This document shows, piece after piece, positions 27,424 to 35,698 of a stretch of DNA of 64,000 nucleotides. The stretch is from the IMG/VR virus record IMGVR_UViG_3300048851_000105, positions 61,779 through 125,778 of that record; one strand, 5' to 3'. The DNA is from a virus. A program made the position numbers and the translations under genes. The notes below the pieces were generated by a model. The model was not told where the DNA came from, did no database searches, and worked only from the letters and a program-made list of their open reading frames with translations. Positions within the stretch are counted from its first letter, which is position 1. Each line of letters opens with the position of its first letter.

Positions 27424-27677
27424 GCTCCGGCGGCTTCCAGTTCCGTCATGATGCGCTCGACCGCGGCTGCGAGTTCCGCTTCGAGTTCGGACTGGACCCT
27501 CTTCACGTCCGTGCCCGTCGAGATGCCGAACTCGGCCTTCAGGGCTTCCTTGGTCTGCGCGAGCACGGCCTGGGCCTGCTCCTTCTCGACCTCGGCGCGG
27601 GCGATGCGGGAGTTCTGTGCTGAGATGCGCTTCTCGGCGTCGTTCAGCGTTGCGAGGTGTTCGTCGATGGGTGCCAT
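27420..27677 (-). CDS. small coiled-coil protein
   Basis: class 2 motif at the start; coupled to the clamp gene. Confidence 0.65.
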   Translation of the reverse strand: MAPIDEHLATLNDAEKRISAQNSRIARAEVEKEQAQAVLAQTKEALKAEFGISTGTDVKRVQSELEAELAAAVERIMTELEAAGA

Positions 27678-27750
27678 GCCTGTGATACGCCAGAAGCCCC
27701 CCGCTGCGCCTGTAAGACGACAACGGGGGGCTCCCAGTGTGGAAGGAGGA

Positions 27751-29040
27751 TCAGGCCTCCTGGTTCTCCTCACGACGACGAGCGAGCATGAACACGAGGG
27801 CTCCGAAGCCGACGATGAACGCGGCCCCGAGGGCGATCGGCAGCGGCTCCACGGTCGCGCCGGTCACGGCGAGGTCATCGCTCGGGCCGGAGGTGTTGTC
27901 GCTCGGGACGACCACGACGGGCGTGGGAGTCGGGGTCGGCGTGGGGGTCGGCTCCTCGGTCACCGGGGGCTCCTCGGTCACCGGGGGCTCCTCGGTCGGA
28001 GGCGTGTCGATCGGGCACTCCTCGTTGGTGAAGTCGTAGCCCTTGCTCAGCGGGATCGATCCGTCGAAGACGTAGCCCGGGTTGGCCGTGAAGTCGACCT
28101 GGACGCGACCGACACCGTCGACGCGCTGGTCGTCGATGTTCGCCGTCCACTTCTCCGACTCCTCCGGGGTGACCGCGTCATCCGCGATGCCGCAGGAGTC
28201 CTTGAACTGGACGCCGGGCTCCGTGGTGATCAGCGTGACGCAGGGCTCCGTCGTGCCCGACTTCGTGAAGTCGTACTCGGTGCCATCGTGAGCGTCGACC
28301 GTGACCGTCCACTCGTGCGCCTCGTAGTTCGTGTACGAGAACTCGTTCTCGTACGACGTGCCGAACGTGGTGTCCTCGACCGTCTCGCCGTCGATGGTGA
28401 CGACGATGGTGTTCGTCTTCGCGGGGACCTCGGGAGTGATGACGATCGTCTCGGTGACCGCGGGGACTTCGGGGGTGACGAGACGCTCCTCCGTGACAGC
28501 CGGGATGGCGGGAACCGCGGGAGTGACGATGCGCTCCTCGGTCACGGCCGGAACGGCGGGCTTGCCTGGAATGGCCGGGACGTCCACGACGACACGGGTG
28601 TTGCCGGTGGCCTTCCATCCCTTCGAGTTCGGGTTGCCCTCGGCGTTCCAGTTCGGGTTCGAGTTCCAACGGGTCTTGCCCGTCTTGTGCTGCACGAACT
28701 CGTACTCCGTGTGCGTGACGGCCGGGACCTCGGCAACGGCCGGGACTTCGGGGGTGACGACGACCGTCTCGACGACAGCCGGGACGCCAGGGACCTCGGG
28801 AGTGATGACGATCGTCTCGTAGACCGCGGGAACCGCGGGAGTGACGATGCGCTCCTCGGTCACGGCCGGAACGGCCGCCTGCTCGGCTGCGTAGTTGGTC
28901 AGCACGACGCTGAGGTCCGTACACGTGGCCGAGACCTCGTTCGTGTGTGCCGAGGCGGGCCCGGCTCCCACCACCGCGAGTGCGGCGGAGGCGATGAGCG
29001 TTGCGGCACTGAGACCCAACGCCCTCTTCAGTCGATTCAT
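27751..29040 (-). CDS. sortase-anchored (LAxTG) cell-surface protein with V/T/P repeats
   Basis: Sec signal ending ASA|H; PT linker; LAVTG + TM helix + RRR tail. Confidence 0.85.
   Translation of the reverse strand: MNRLKRALGLSAATLIASAALAVVGAGPASAHTNEVSATCTDLSVVLTNYAAEQAAVPAVTEERIVTPAVPAVYETIVITPEVPGVPAVVETVVVTPEVPAVAEVPAVTHTEYEFVQHKTGKTRWNSNPNWNAEGNPNSKGWKATGNTRVVVDVPAIPGKPAVPAVTEERIVTPAVPAIPAVTEERLVTPEVPAVTETIVITPEVPAKTNTIVVTIDGETVEDTTFGTSYENEFSYTNYEAHEWTVTVDAHDGTEYDFTKSGTTEPCVTLITTEPGVQFKDSCGIADDAVTPEESEKWTANIDDQRVDGVGRVQVDFTANPGYVFDGSIPLSKGYDFTNEECPIDTPPTEEPPVTEEPPVTEEPTPTPTPTPTPVVVVPSDNTSGPSDDLAVTGATVEPLPIALGAAFIVGFGALVFMLARRREENQEA
28508..28875. repeat. intragenic 50-nt direct repeat (28508-28557 and 28826-28875)
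   Basis: GCGGGAACCGCGGGAGTGACGATGCGCTCCTCGGTCACGGCCGGAACGGC present twice. Confidence 0.85.
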
Positions 29041-29110
29041 GATTTCCCTTCGTTCGTCAGGTGATGTACCTGGCCTGTGATACGCCAGACAAAGTGACTG
29101 GCGTTTGGAT

Positions 29111-29136
29111 GGCGACCCCCCAGTTGGAGGGTCGCC
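29111..29136 (-). terminator. stem-loop after 29143..29514
   Basis: GGCGACCC...GGGTCGCC. Confidence 0.5.
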
Positions 29137-29142
29137 GGTGGA

Positions 29143-29514
29143 TCAGTCTTCGGGGGAGTCCTCGGCGAGGACGTCGACCGACAGCGCGAGGGTTGTGCCC
29201 AGGAACGGCTTCTTCTGGCGCTCCGAGAGAGCGTCGAAGTTGAAGACGGGCTTCGTCTCCCAGAACTGCGGGTACTTGTCCTGCGGGTACTTCTCGGCCG
29301 CCGACTTCGTGTCCTTGGAGTTCCGCTCCGACACCGAGATGATGACGTCGCCGACCTTGCGCTTGCCCTTCGAGTTGTAGACGCGTTTGATCTTGGCGTT
29401 CAATTCGTCGAACCGATCCTTGTACTTCTTGAAGACGCGATCGATCTTCGCGTACTCCATGGCCTCGTCCTCGGTGAGAACTTCTCCGGTCTGCTGGTTG
29501 ACGGCGTCCGACAT
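29143..29514 (-). CDS. hypothetical protein
   Basis: AGGAGG RBS; Lys-rich. Confidence 0.75.
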   Translation of the reverse strand: MSDAVNQQTGEVLTEDEAMEYAKIDRVFKKYKDRFDELNAKIKRVYNSKGKRKVGDVIISVSERNSKDTKSAAEKYPQDKYPQFWETKPVFNFDALSERQKKPFLGTTLALSVDVLAEDSPED

Positions 29515-29599
29515 GTGACCTCCTGGGATCGTGGGCTTCTTGACCTGTCTCGAACATACCACAGGCACCGTTACCAGTGCAACGTGTTACTATGGACAC

Positions 29600-29932
29600 A
29601 TGACTGAATCCGCATTGCGAGCAATCTTCAGATCGCTCTCCCAAGATGAACTCGTCCTCCTCGTCGTCGCCCTCGTTGCGATCGTCTTGGCCATCGCGGC
29701 GGCCGCGACCCTCGTGCATGCGCGCCTCACCCGCGGTCGCTATCACCGGAAGGTCGACTACTCCCCGGGGTACATCCAGGGGCCCCTCGAAGAGCCCAAG
29801 CCGGTGACCCTGGAAGTGCGCGTGATCCGCCCCTCGGAGCCAAACTCCCCATCTACCCAGCGCAAGAAGCCCGGACTGACGGCGCGAGTTGCAAAGCCCT
29901 CGAACGATGACTTAGAGTCACCGGCACGGTAG
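29600..29932 (+). CDS. membrane protein
   Basis: TM segment; TACTAT -10 six nt upstream (leaderless). Confidence 0.6.
   Translation: MTESALRAIFRSLSQDELVLLVVALVAIVLAIAAAATLVHARLTRGRYHRKVDYSPGYIQGPLEEPKPVTLEVRVIRPSEPNSPSTQRKKPGLTARVAKPSNDDLESPAR
29889..29918 (+). promoter_or_regulatory. putative sigma70 promoter for the non-coding region
   Basis: TTGCAA-N18-TAGAGT. Confidence 0.5.
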
Positions 29933-30275
29933 TAACCGTGGGGCCTGCGACTTCGGTCGCCCCAGCCTCTCCGTAGCCGATGACGAGCCACAGTGCTCCT
30001 CGAAAAGGCCCGCGATCGCTCCAAGTGCACACGTGCAACGGACTCGCGGAGGATGCGCTGGGTCTCCTGCCACAGAGTGGATTTTTTCTCACATTCTGGG
30101 GGTAGGGGGCCTATGCCCAGCATCCTCCGCTCCTACTCCGTTGCAGGAATATCTCCAATCTCAGCATTCAGATCACATAGATCAATCTCATCGCGTGACG
30201 TGCGCGTTCTCTGCGCCTGCGTTCCCTTCACGCATGAATCGTGCGAGGATGCTCTCGTCGACGGATTCCGTCGTG
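29925..30275 (+). ncRNA. candidate structured non-coding RNA (or origin)
   Basis: hairpins CACGGT/ACCGTG and GCGAC-TTCG-GTCGC; 112-nt rod 30034-30145 with G-U pairs; CGACGGA/TCCGTCG. Confidence 0.5.
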
Positions 30276-30335
30276 CTACAGGCCACAACAGAAGACGCAT
30301 CGAATCCAGCAACCACTCGATCGGAAGGACCCATC

Positions 30336-30713
30336 ATGGTCACCAACATCACGCGCCGTCTCGGCGCCGTAGTCCTCTACCGGCTCTCGGAGCAGGACGT
30401 GCAGCAGATCATCCAGCGCCGCCGCTCGGCCGGACTCATCACCTACGCCGGGAACGATCCCCACGAGGGAGACGTCTTCCCCGCAATGATCGTCCGCGAC
30501 TGGGCGGACCCTGCCATCATCAGCGCGACCCCATCCACGATGAACATCACTGAGTACGTGGACGGGCAGCCGGTCAACCTCCAGGTATTCCTCGACGGCA
30601 ACGACGTCTTCTGGTCCACCAGCCGGAAGCGCGGCCTCGGCAAGGGGCACTGGGAGTTCCTGAGTGTCGTGGTGCAGGATGACGAGCAGTCACGCCGGGA
30701 GGTTACGGAGTAG
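30336..30713 (+). CDS. conserved hypothetical phage protein
   Basis: GAAGGA RBS; PAMIVR...VNLQVFLDGND.FW.TS. Confidence 0.75.
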   Translation: MVTNITRRLGAVVLYRLSEQDVQQIIQRRRSAGLITYAGNDPHEGDVFPAMIVRDWADPAIISATPSTMNITEYVDGQPVNLQVFLDGNDVFWSTSRKRGLGKGHWEFLSVVVQDDEQSRREVTE

Positions 30714-30783
30714 GCTCTTCGGAGTCACGGCTGATCGTTCAATTTGGGGCGGCCCGACATATCCGCTAGCGGCAGGCGCCTGC

Positions 30784-30865
30784 GTCGGCTAGGGAATTGC
30801 TGGAAGGGTCCAGGACGTCACCCATTGGGGTGGAGATGTGGTTCGAGTCCACGACGCCGACAACA
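30784..30865 (+). tRNA. degenerate tRNA-like element
   Basis: T arm TGTGG-TTCGAGT-CCACG; GTCGGC/GCCGAC acceptor-like stem; two further hairpins; non-canonical D and anticodon loops; ends AACA. Confidence 0.4.
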
Positions 30866-30898
30866 GGCACTGACGTGCCGCTCATGCGTAACACAGGC

Positions 30899-31075
30899 AT
30901 GAGCAGAATCAGCATCACCGCCGAGCACGCGGGCCGCACGATCGAAGTCATCGTCGAGGAGGACCTCCAGGAGGAGGTCCTGTCCAACGACACCGGTGTC
31001 GAGCACATCCGGACCTTCCCGTCCCCCGCAGGATTGATCGACGCCGCCGTCGACGGACTGAAGGCAGCGATCTGA
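30899..31075 (+). CDS. hypothetical protein
   Basis: class 2 motif at the start. Confidence 0.6.
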   Translation: MSRISITAEHAGRTIEVIVEEDLQEEVLSNDTGVEHIRTFPSPAGLIDAAVDGLKAAI

Positions 31076-31590
31076 TGACGAACTACTCCGAGAACCCCGG
31101 ACACGTCCGGATCGACTTCTGGAAGCCTGAGAGCGGCAACTGGTACATGACCGAGATGCTCGACATGTCGGACGAGTACGACGCCACTCACGTCTACGCG
31201 GCCGTTCGGAACGCGCTCGCGAAGACGCGCCATGGCCGCCTCGCTGACAAGCGCTGGATCATCACCGTCGCGGAGCCGTACCACGTCAACGCCCACCCGG
31301 TGATGCTCTCCCCCGGCCGCGCTTCGTACGAGGACTGGCCGACCCCCTCGGAGGGCTCACGAATCTTCATGGGCGAGGTCCCCGCGGACGGCCTCTGGAA
31401 CCTGCCCGACTGGGCGGCGATGTACCACATTCGCGTCTTCGATCCGGACGGCTGGCGCAACGAGGGCATCGACCCTCACACGCCCATCAGCCAGGACGAC
31501 TTCTTCCGCCTGGTCTCCGTCTCGACCGTGGGCGGCGAGGGTTCGGAGCAGTTCACTGTCGAGATGCGCGCCTGGGCGGCGCGGAAGTGA
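31075..31590 (+). CDS. hypothetical protein
   Basis: TGATG coupling. Confidence 0.7.
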   Translation: MTNYSENPGHVRIDFWKPESGNWYMTEMLDMSDEYDATHVYAAVRNALAKTRHGRLADKRWIITVAEPYHVNAHPVMLSPGRASYEDWPTPSEGSRIFMGEVPADGLWNLPDWAAMYHIRVFDPDGWRNEGIDPHTPISQDDFFRLVSVSTVGGEGSEQFTVEMRAWAARK

Positions 31591-32234
31591 TTGACCTCGA
31601 CGAACTCGCGCTGCGGGCAGCACGGCGACGCCGGGAACTGGACGCCAAGCAGGGCGAGGCGCGTGCTCTCGTTTCTCGAATTCGATCGCTGCGTGAGGAG
31701 GTCGAGATACTCTCGACCGACGTCACCGAGTTGGAGCAGGTTACCCACCTGCTCAACACGATCGCCGAGGACAAGCAGTTGCGCGCGCAGCAGGATATCG
31801 AGGAACTGGTCAGTCGCGGGCTCCAGACGATCTTCGACGACAGCCTGTCCTTCCACATCGTCCAGAGCGCTCGCGGCAAGACCTCCATCGTTGAGTTCAT
31901 CGTCCGCACGACTCTCGCTGACTCGGTGGTCGAGACCCCGGTCATGGACGCCCGCGGCGGAGGTCTCGCGGCCGTCATCGGCTTCCTGCTCCGCGTGGTC
32001 GTCATGCTTCTGCGCGGAGGGACTCGACAGGAGAATCTTCTTCTGCTCGACGAGACGTTCGCGATGGTGTCCGCGGAGTACCTCCCCGTGCTCGGAGAAT
32101 TCCTCCGCTCGATCGTCGAGGAGACCGGCATCCAGATCGTCATGGTGACGCACCAGACCGAGTTCATCGACTCAGCGGATAAGGTGTACCGATTCAGCCA
32201 GGAAGACGGCAAGACGAGGGTGGTGAGCACATGA
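31587..32234 (+). CDS. Rad50/SbcC-like ABC ATPase, C-terminal half
   Basis: coiled coil; RGGG signature; LLLLDE Walker B; VMVTH H-loop; ADKVY; no Walker A. Confidence 0.75.
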   Translation: MIDLDELALRAARRRRELDAKQGEARALVSRIRSLREEVEILSTDVTELEQVTHLLNTIAEDKQLRAQQDIEELVSRGLQTIFDDSLSFHIVQSARGKTSIVEFIVRTTLADSVVETPVMDARGGGLAAVIGFLLRVVVMLLRGGTRQENLLLLDETFAMVSAEYLPVLGEFLRSIVEETGIQIVMVTHQTEFIDSADKVYRFSQEDGKTRVVST

Positions 32235-32470
32235 GCGGGGCCAAGGCTCGTTTCTACGGTCTTCCCGAGGTCGTCGTCGATGCCGCGCTTGCTGAGGGCG
32301 CTCACCCGGACTGCCTCGTGGCGAAGCCGCAGAACACCACCCAGGCCTGCCTGGAGTGCCGCAACATCGTCGTCGCAGCGATCCACATCCACTACCACCG
32401 GTACGGAGGCGTCCCGGAGCAGATGATGCGTCTGGCCGACGACGTCAAGCGGGAGCAGGCCGGTGACTGA
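32231..32470 (+). CDS. hypothetical protein
   Basis: ATGA coupling; H.DC...CLEC. Confidence 0.6.
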   Translation: MSGAKARFYGLPEVVVDAALAEGAHPDCLVAKPQNTTQACLECRNIVVAAIHIHYHRYGGVPEQMMRLADDVKREQAGD

Positions 32471-32738
32471 GCCTGTCGAGGACGTCTACGGTCGTGTCCC
32501 GAAGCCGGGGGACATCGTGCTCTTCGTGTCTGGCGACTACCGTCTCCGAGAGGGCAGGGTGGTCGAGCCTCCCAAGGTGACGTCTTCGAGGCCTCGGGTG
32601 GCTGAGGAGGGGACGTATATCCTGCCCCTTCAGCGTTCAAGGAATCCTCGCGCTCGCCCGTTCTCGCGACTGGCGAGTTCAGAGAGGTTCGTCATCACCC
32701 AGACAGCGGACGGCAAGCAGGTGGGCAGGCCGTGGTGA
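32463..32738 (+). CDS. hypothetical protein (KOW/SH3-like)
   Basis: DVYGR.PKPGDIVLF...EGRVV. Confidence 0.6.
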   Translation: MTEPVEDVYGRVPKPGDIVLFVSGDYRLREGRVVEPPKVTSSRPRVAEEGTYILPLQRSRNPRARPFSRLASSERFVITQTADGKQVGRPW

Positions 32739-33820
32739 ACTTGGCCCTGAAGTACCGTCCGCAGTCCTTCGACGACATCATCGGCCAGCGCCTCGCCGCA
32801 GTCGTGCTTTCTCGGATGGTCGAGAAGAGCAAGGTGCCCGAGGGCATCCTGATTGCGGGCCCCTCGGGCACGGGCAAGACCACGGCCGCTCGCGTGCTGG
32901 CCTCGAAACTGGATGCCGACTCGATCGAGGTAGACGGCGCGTCCAAGGGAGGTGTGGCTGAGGTCAGGGCGCTCGTGGAGAGCCTGCGCTACGGCCACGC
33001 GGGCGAGCATCGGGTCGTCATCATCGACGAGGCCCAGTCCATCACCCGGGACGGATTCAACACCTTCCTGAAGACGCTGGAGGAGCCTCCCAGTGGCACG
33101 ATCTTCGTCTTCTGCACCACCGAGCCCGAGAAGATTCCTGAGACCGTCAAGGGGCGCCTGATCGAGTTCGAGTTCCGGAGGGTGACGCCGCAGGACATCT
33201 ACGATCGGCTCATCTGGATCGCGGAGCAGGAGGATATCGCCCTGCCGACCGACATCCTCAGCGACATCGCTCAGCGCGCGGACGGGTCTGTGCGCGCAGC
33301 CATCATGCTCATGGATCAGGTCGCGCGTGCAGAGGTAGTCGACCGCGCCGAGTACGAGGACCTCCTGGGCATCCACGACTCCGGTCCGAGGCTTCTGGCT
33401 GCGATCGTGCTCGGCAACCGCTCGCGCGCGTTCGAGATTCTCGACGCGGAACTCCAGGTCGTGGGCTCACCGGCCGTGGTCGTGTCGCAATTGATCCGGG
33501 TCATCCGAGACATCACCGTGCTCCACGGAGGCGGCGTGCTCGAACTCACCGGCCGTGCTCTGGAGATACGCCAGAGCCTGGCGGCACGCACTGATCCGGA
33601 GCGGGTGTACCGCTCCGCGCGCACGCTCTGGGAGTTGAAGACTCGCATGCGCTTCAACGACGATCCGCGAGGAAATCTCGAACTGGCGCTCATGCTGATG
33701 CTCGACACCTACACGGCCGGGCAGGATCGTGCCAAAGTAGTGCCCAAGCCTGTCGAGGAGCCACAGCCGCCCAAGCGCAAGTTGACCATCGACGAACTGC
33801 GACAGAGGAGTGCCTCGTGA
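32732..33820 (+). CDS. dnaX: DNA polymerase III gamma/tau clamp loader subunit
   Basis: LALKYRPQSFDDIIGQ, GPSGTGKTT, VIIDEAQ, FLKTLEEPP, TTEPEKIPETV, GSVRAA. Confidence 0.9.
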   Translation: MVNLALKYRPQSFDDIIGQRLAAVVLSRMVEKSKVPEGILIAGPSGTGKTTAARVLASKLDADSIEVDGASKGGVAEVRALVESLRYGHAGEHRVVIIDEAQSITRDGFNTFLKTLEEPPSGTIFVFCTTEPEKIPETVKGRLIEFEFRRVTPQDIYDRLIWIAEQEDIALPTDILSDIAQRADGSVRAAIMLMDQVARAEVVDRAEYEDLLGIHDSGPRLLAAIVLGNRSRAFEILDAELQVVGSPAVVVSQLIRVIRDITVLHGGGVLELTGRALEIRQSLAARTDPERVYRSARTLWELKTRMRFNDDPRGNLELALMLMLDTYTAGQDRAKVVPKPVEEPQPPKRKLTIDELRQRSAS

Positions 33821-34242
33821 GCACCGTATTCACCGCCGGGACGTTCGACCTGCTCCATCCAGGTCACGTCTGGCTCTTCGAGCAGTGCAGGCGCATCGCC
33901 GGTCCGGACGGCGAGGTCAAGGTGTCGGTCAATACGAGCGAGTTCGTCGCGCAGTTCAAGGCACCGCCCGTGCAGACTTTCGATGAGCGCTACCAGATGG
34001 TGAAGGCCATCAAGTACGTCGACGAGGTCCTCCGCAACGACAGCGAGGACCTGACGGACCTCCTCTACGCGGTGCGGCCGGACTTCCTGGTGATCGGCTC
34101 CGATTGGGCCCAGAAGGACTACCACGCCCAGATCAGCGCTCCTCCGAGGTGGCTGGCCACCCACGGCATCACTCTGCTCTACATCGACCGCTGGAGCCCG
34201 CACTCCAGCACCGAACTGAAGGAACGAATTCGTGAATCCTGA
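33817..34242 (+). CDS. cytidylyltransferase (TagD/glycerol-3-phosphate cytidylyltransferase-like)
   Basis: TAGTFDLLHPGH (HxGH), ERYQMV...YVDEV, GSDW, SSTELK. Confidence 0.85.
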   Translation: MSTVFTAGTFDLLHPGHVWLFEQCRRIAGPDGEVKVSVNTSEFVAQFKAPPVQTFDERYQMVKAIKYVDEVLRNDSEDLTDLLYAVRPDFLVIGSDWAQKDYHAQISAPPRWLATHGITLLYIDRWSPHSSTELKERIRES

Positions 34243-34951
34243 CTCTCCCGACCTCTGGTTGCTCACTTGCGCCCCGGCAAGTCGAGCCCATGAGGTCCGT
34301 GCCCTGTTCGCTTCCCTCGACGTCCCTGCCGCTCGGCGTGTGGTGGTGACGACGATGCCTGATCCGATTCCCTTCCTCGACGATGCGACTGTGCTCCTCT
34401 GCCCCGACCCGACCATCAACATCTCGAAGTGGTGGACGCTTGGTCTCGACTGGATCGCCGACTACTACACGCAGGGGGAGCAGTGGGATGTCCTCATCGC
34501 CGAGAGCGATGCGCGAATGACCACGGCTGACGTCGAGACGGTGCGAGGCGCTATGCGCCACCACGGCACTGTCATGGCGGGAGCGGATCGGTACGGACTC
34601 TTGGAGCCTGGTCAGCATCATCGACGGACGGACAACCGTTCGTGGTTGCCTCCAACGATCGATCGCGCTCCTTCCGGAGCCGACTCGCGCATCCCGGGAG
34701 TCATGTGCGTGATCGCAGGCGAGACCGGCATCCGGCACGACCCCGAGTTCCGCTGGTGGCTCGCCGACGACGACTTCGAGTGGCAGCATCGCGCCAATGG
34801 CGGCACGCTCCTCGTGGGAGGCACCACGGTCTGGCACGAGGGCACACAGGGCCCGCTCACCGGCGAGCGCCTCCAGGCGTGGCAGGAGGACGAGCCGAAG
34901 TTCCGCGCGAAGTGGGGCGGCGTGCCCGCGGACGGAGGAATCCTCTCGTGA
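34232..34951 (+). CDS. putative GT-A glycosyltransferase
   Basis: NISKWW..G, LIAESD, D..FRWW.ADDD, VWH pattern. Confidence 0.6.
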   Translation: MNPDSPDLWLLTCAPASRAHEVRALFASLDVPAARRVVVTTMPDPIPFLDDATVLLCPDPTINISKWWTLGLDWIADYYTQGEQWDVLIAESDARMTTADVETVRGAMRHHGTVMAGADRYGLLEPGQHHRRTDNRSWLPPTIDRAPSGADSRIPGVMCVIAGETGIRHDPEFRWWLADDDFEWQHRANGGTLLVGGTTVWHEGTQGPLTGERLQAWQEDEPKFRAKWGGVPADGGILS

Positions 34952-35673
34952 GAAGGACCCTCGTCTTCACGGCCTGGAATCGGCCGAACTACTGGGCGCA
35001 GACCTGCGCTTCGTGGAGCGACGTCGACATGACCGGATGGGACGTTCGCCTTCGTCTGGAGCCCTCCGAGTTCGAGCGAGAGCAGATCGGGTCATTTCTC
35101 GAAATGATTCGCCTGACCACACCGAGTGACGTCGGCATCTCGGTCAACCCCATGCCGCTCGGGGTGCTCGTGAACCCGTGGAAGGCCTTCGAGAGCGCGA
35201 TCGAACTAGGCAGCGACTTCATCGTGCGCGCCGAGGACGACCTGCTCGCGAGCACGGACATCCTCCGGTACTTCGAGTGGGCCTCCGAGCGCTGGCAGGA
35301 CGACAAGAGCGTCGCCACGGTCAACGCGTACTCGAAGACCCAGGGTGAGGACCCCTTCCACGTCTCGGTGCGGCAGGGTGCCTTCAATCCCCTCGTCTGG
35401 GGCACCTGGAAGGACCGCTGGCTCGACTACATCGGACCGACGTGGGACAAGGACTACTCGACCTTCAACGACTACCCGGGCAATCAGGCGGGCTGGGACT
35501 GGAACCTCAACACGAGGGTCCTCCCCGCGCTCGGAAAGAGCACGGTGAACATCGATCAGTCGCGGGTGCAGAACATCGGGGTGTGGGGCGTGCATGCGAC
35601 CCCGGAGAACTTCGAGCAGGCCCCTGGCTGGGAGCACGACTACGGAGCAGGGAGGTTCTGGACGGATGACTGA
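34948..35673 (+). CDS. putative GT-A glycosyltransferase
   Basis: AWNRPNY, AEDD, WGTWKDRW, GWDW, SRVQNIG..GVH. Confidence 0.75.
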   Translation: MRRTLVFTAWNRPNYWAQTCASWSDVDMTGWDVRLRLEPSEFEREQIGSFLEMIRLTTPSDVGISVNPMPLGVLVNPWKAFESAIELGSDFIVRAEDDLLASTDILRYFEWASERWQDDKSVATVNAYSKTQGEDPFHVSVRQGAFNPLVWGTWKDRWLDYIGPTWDKDYSTFNDYPGNQAGWDWNLNTRVLPALGKSTVNIDQSRVQNIGVWGVHATPENFEQAPGWEHDYGAGRFWTDD

Positions 35674-35682
35674 TGTGCAGTC

Positions 35683-35694
35683 TGCCAATGGTAG
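35683..35694 (+). promoter_or_regulatory. class 3 (late) motif TGCCAATGGTAG
   Basis: one of five exact copies (35683, 39351, 51081, 51621, 58378). Confidence 0.7.
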
Positions 35695-35698
35695 GGGA

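Noticed and set aside
28400-28880. Repeats as a diversity-generating retroelement TR/VR pair
   Set aside because: The repeats are in-frame coding duplications without adenine-specific mismatches, and no reverse transcriptase lies in the window.
29938-30011. Hammerhead-ribozyme-like CCGATGA...GAAA core
   Set aside because: The core reads CCGAUGA rather than CUGAUGA, has an extra base before stem II and lacks a properly placed NUH cleavage triplet; kept only as part of the unknown structured RNA.
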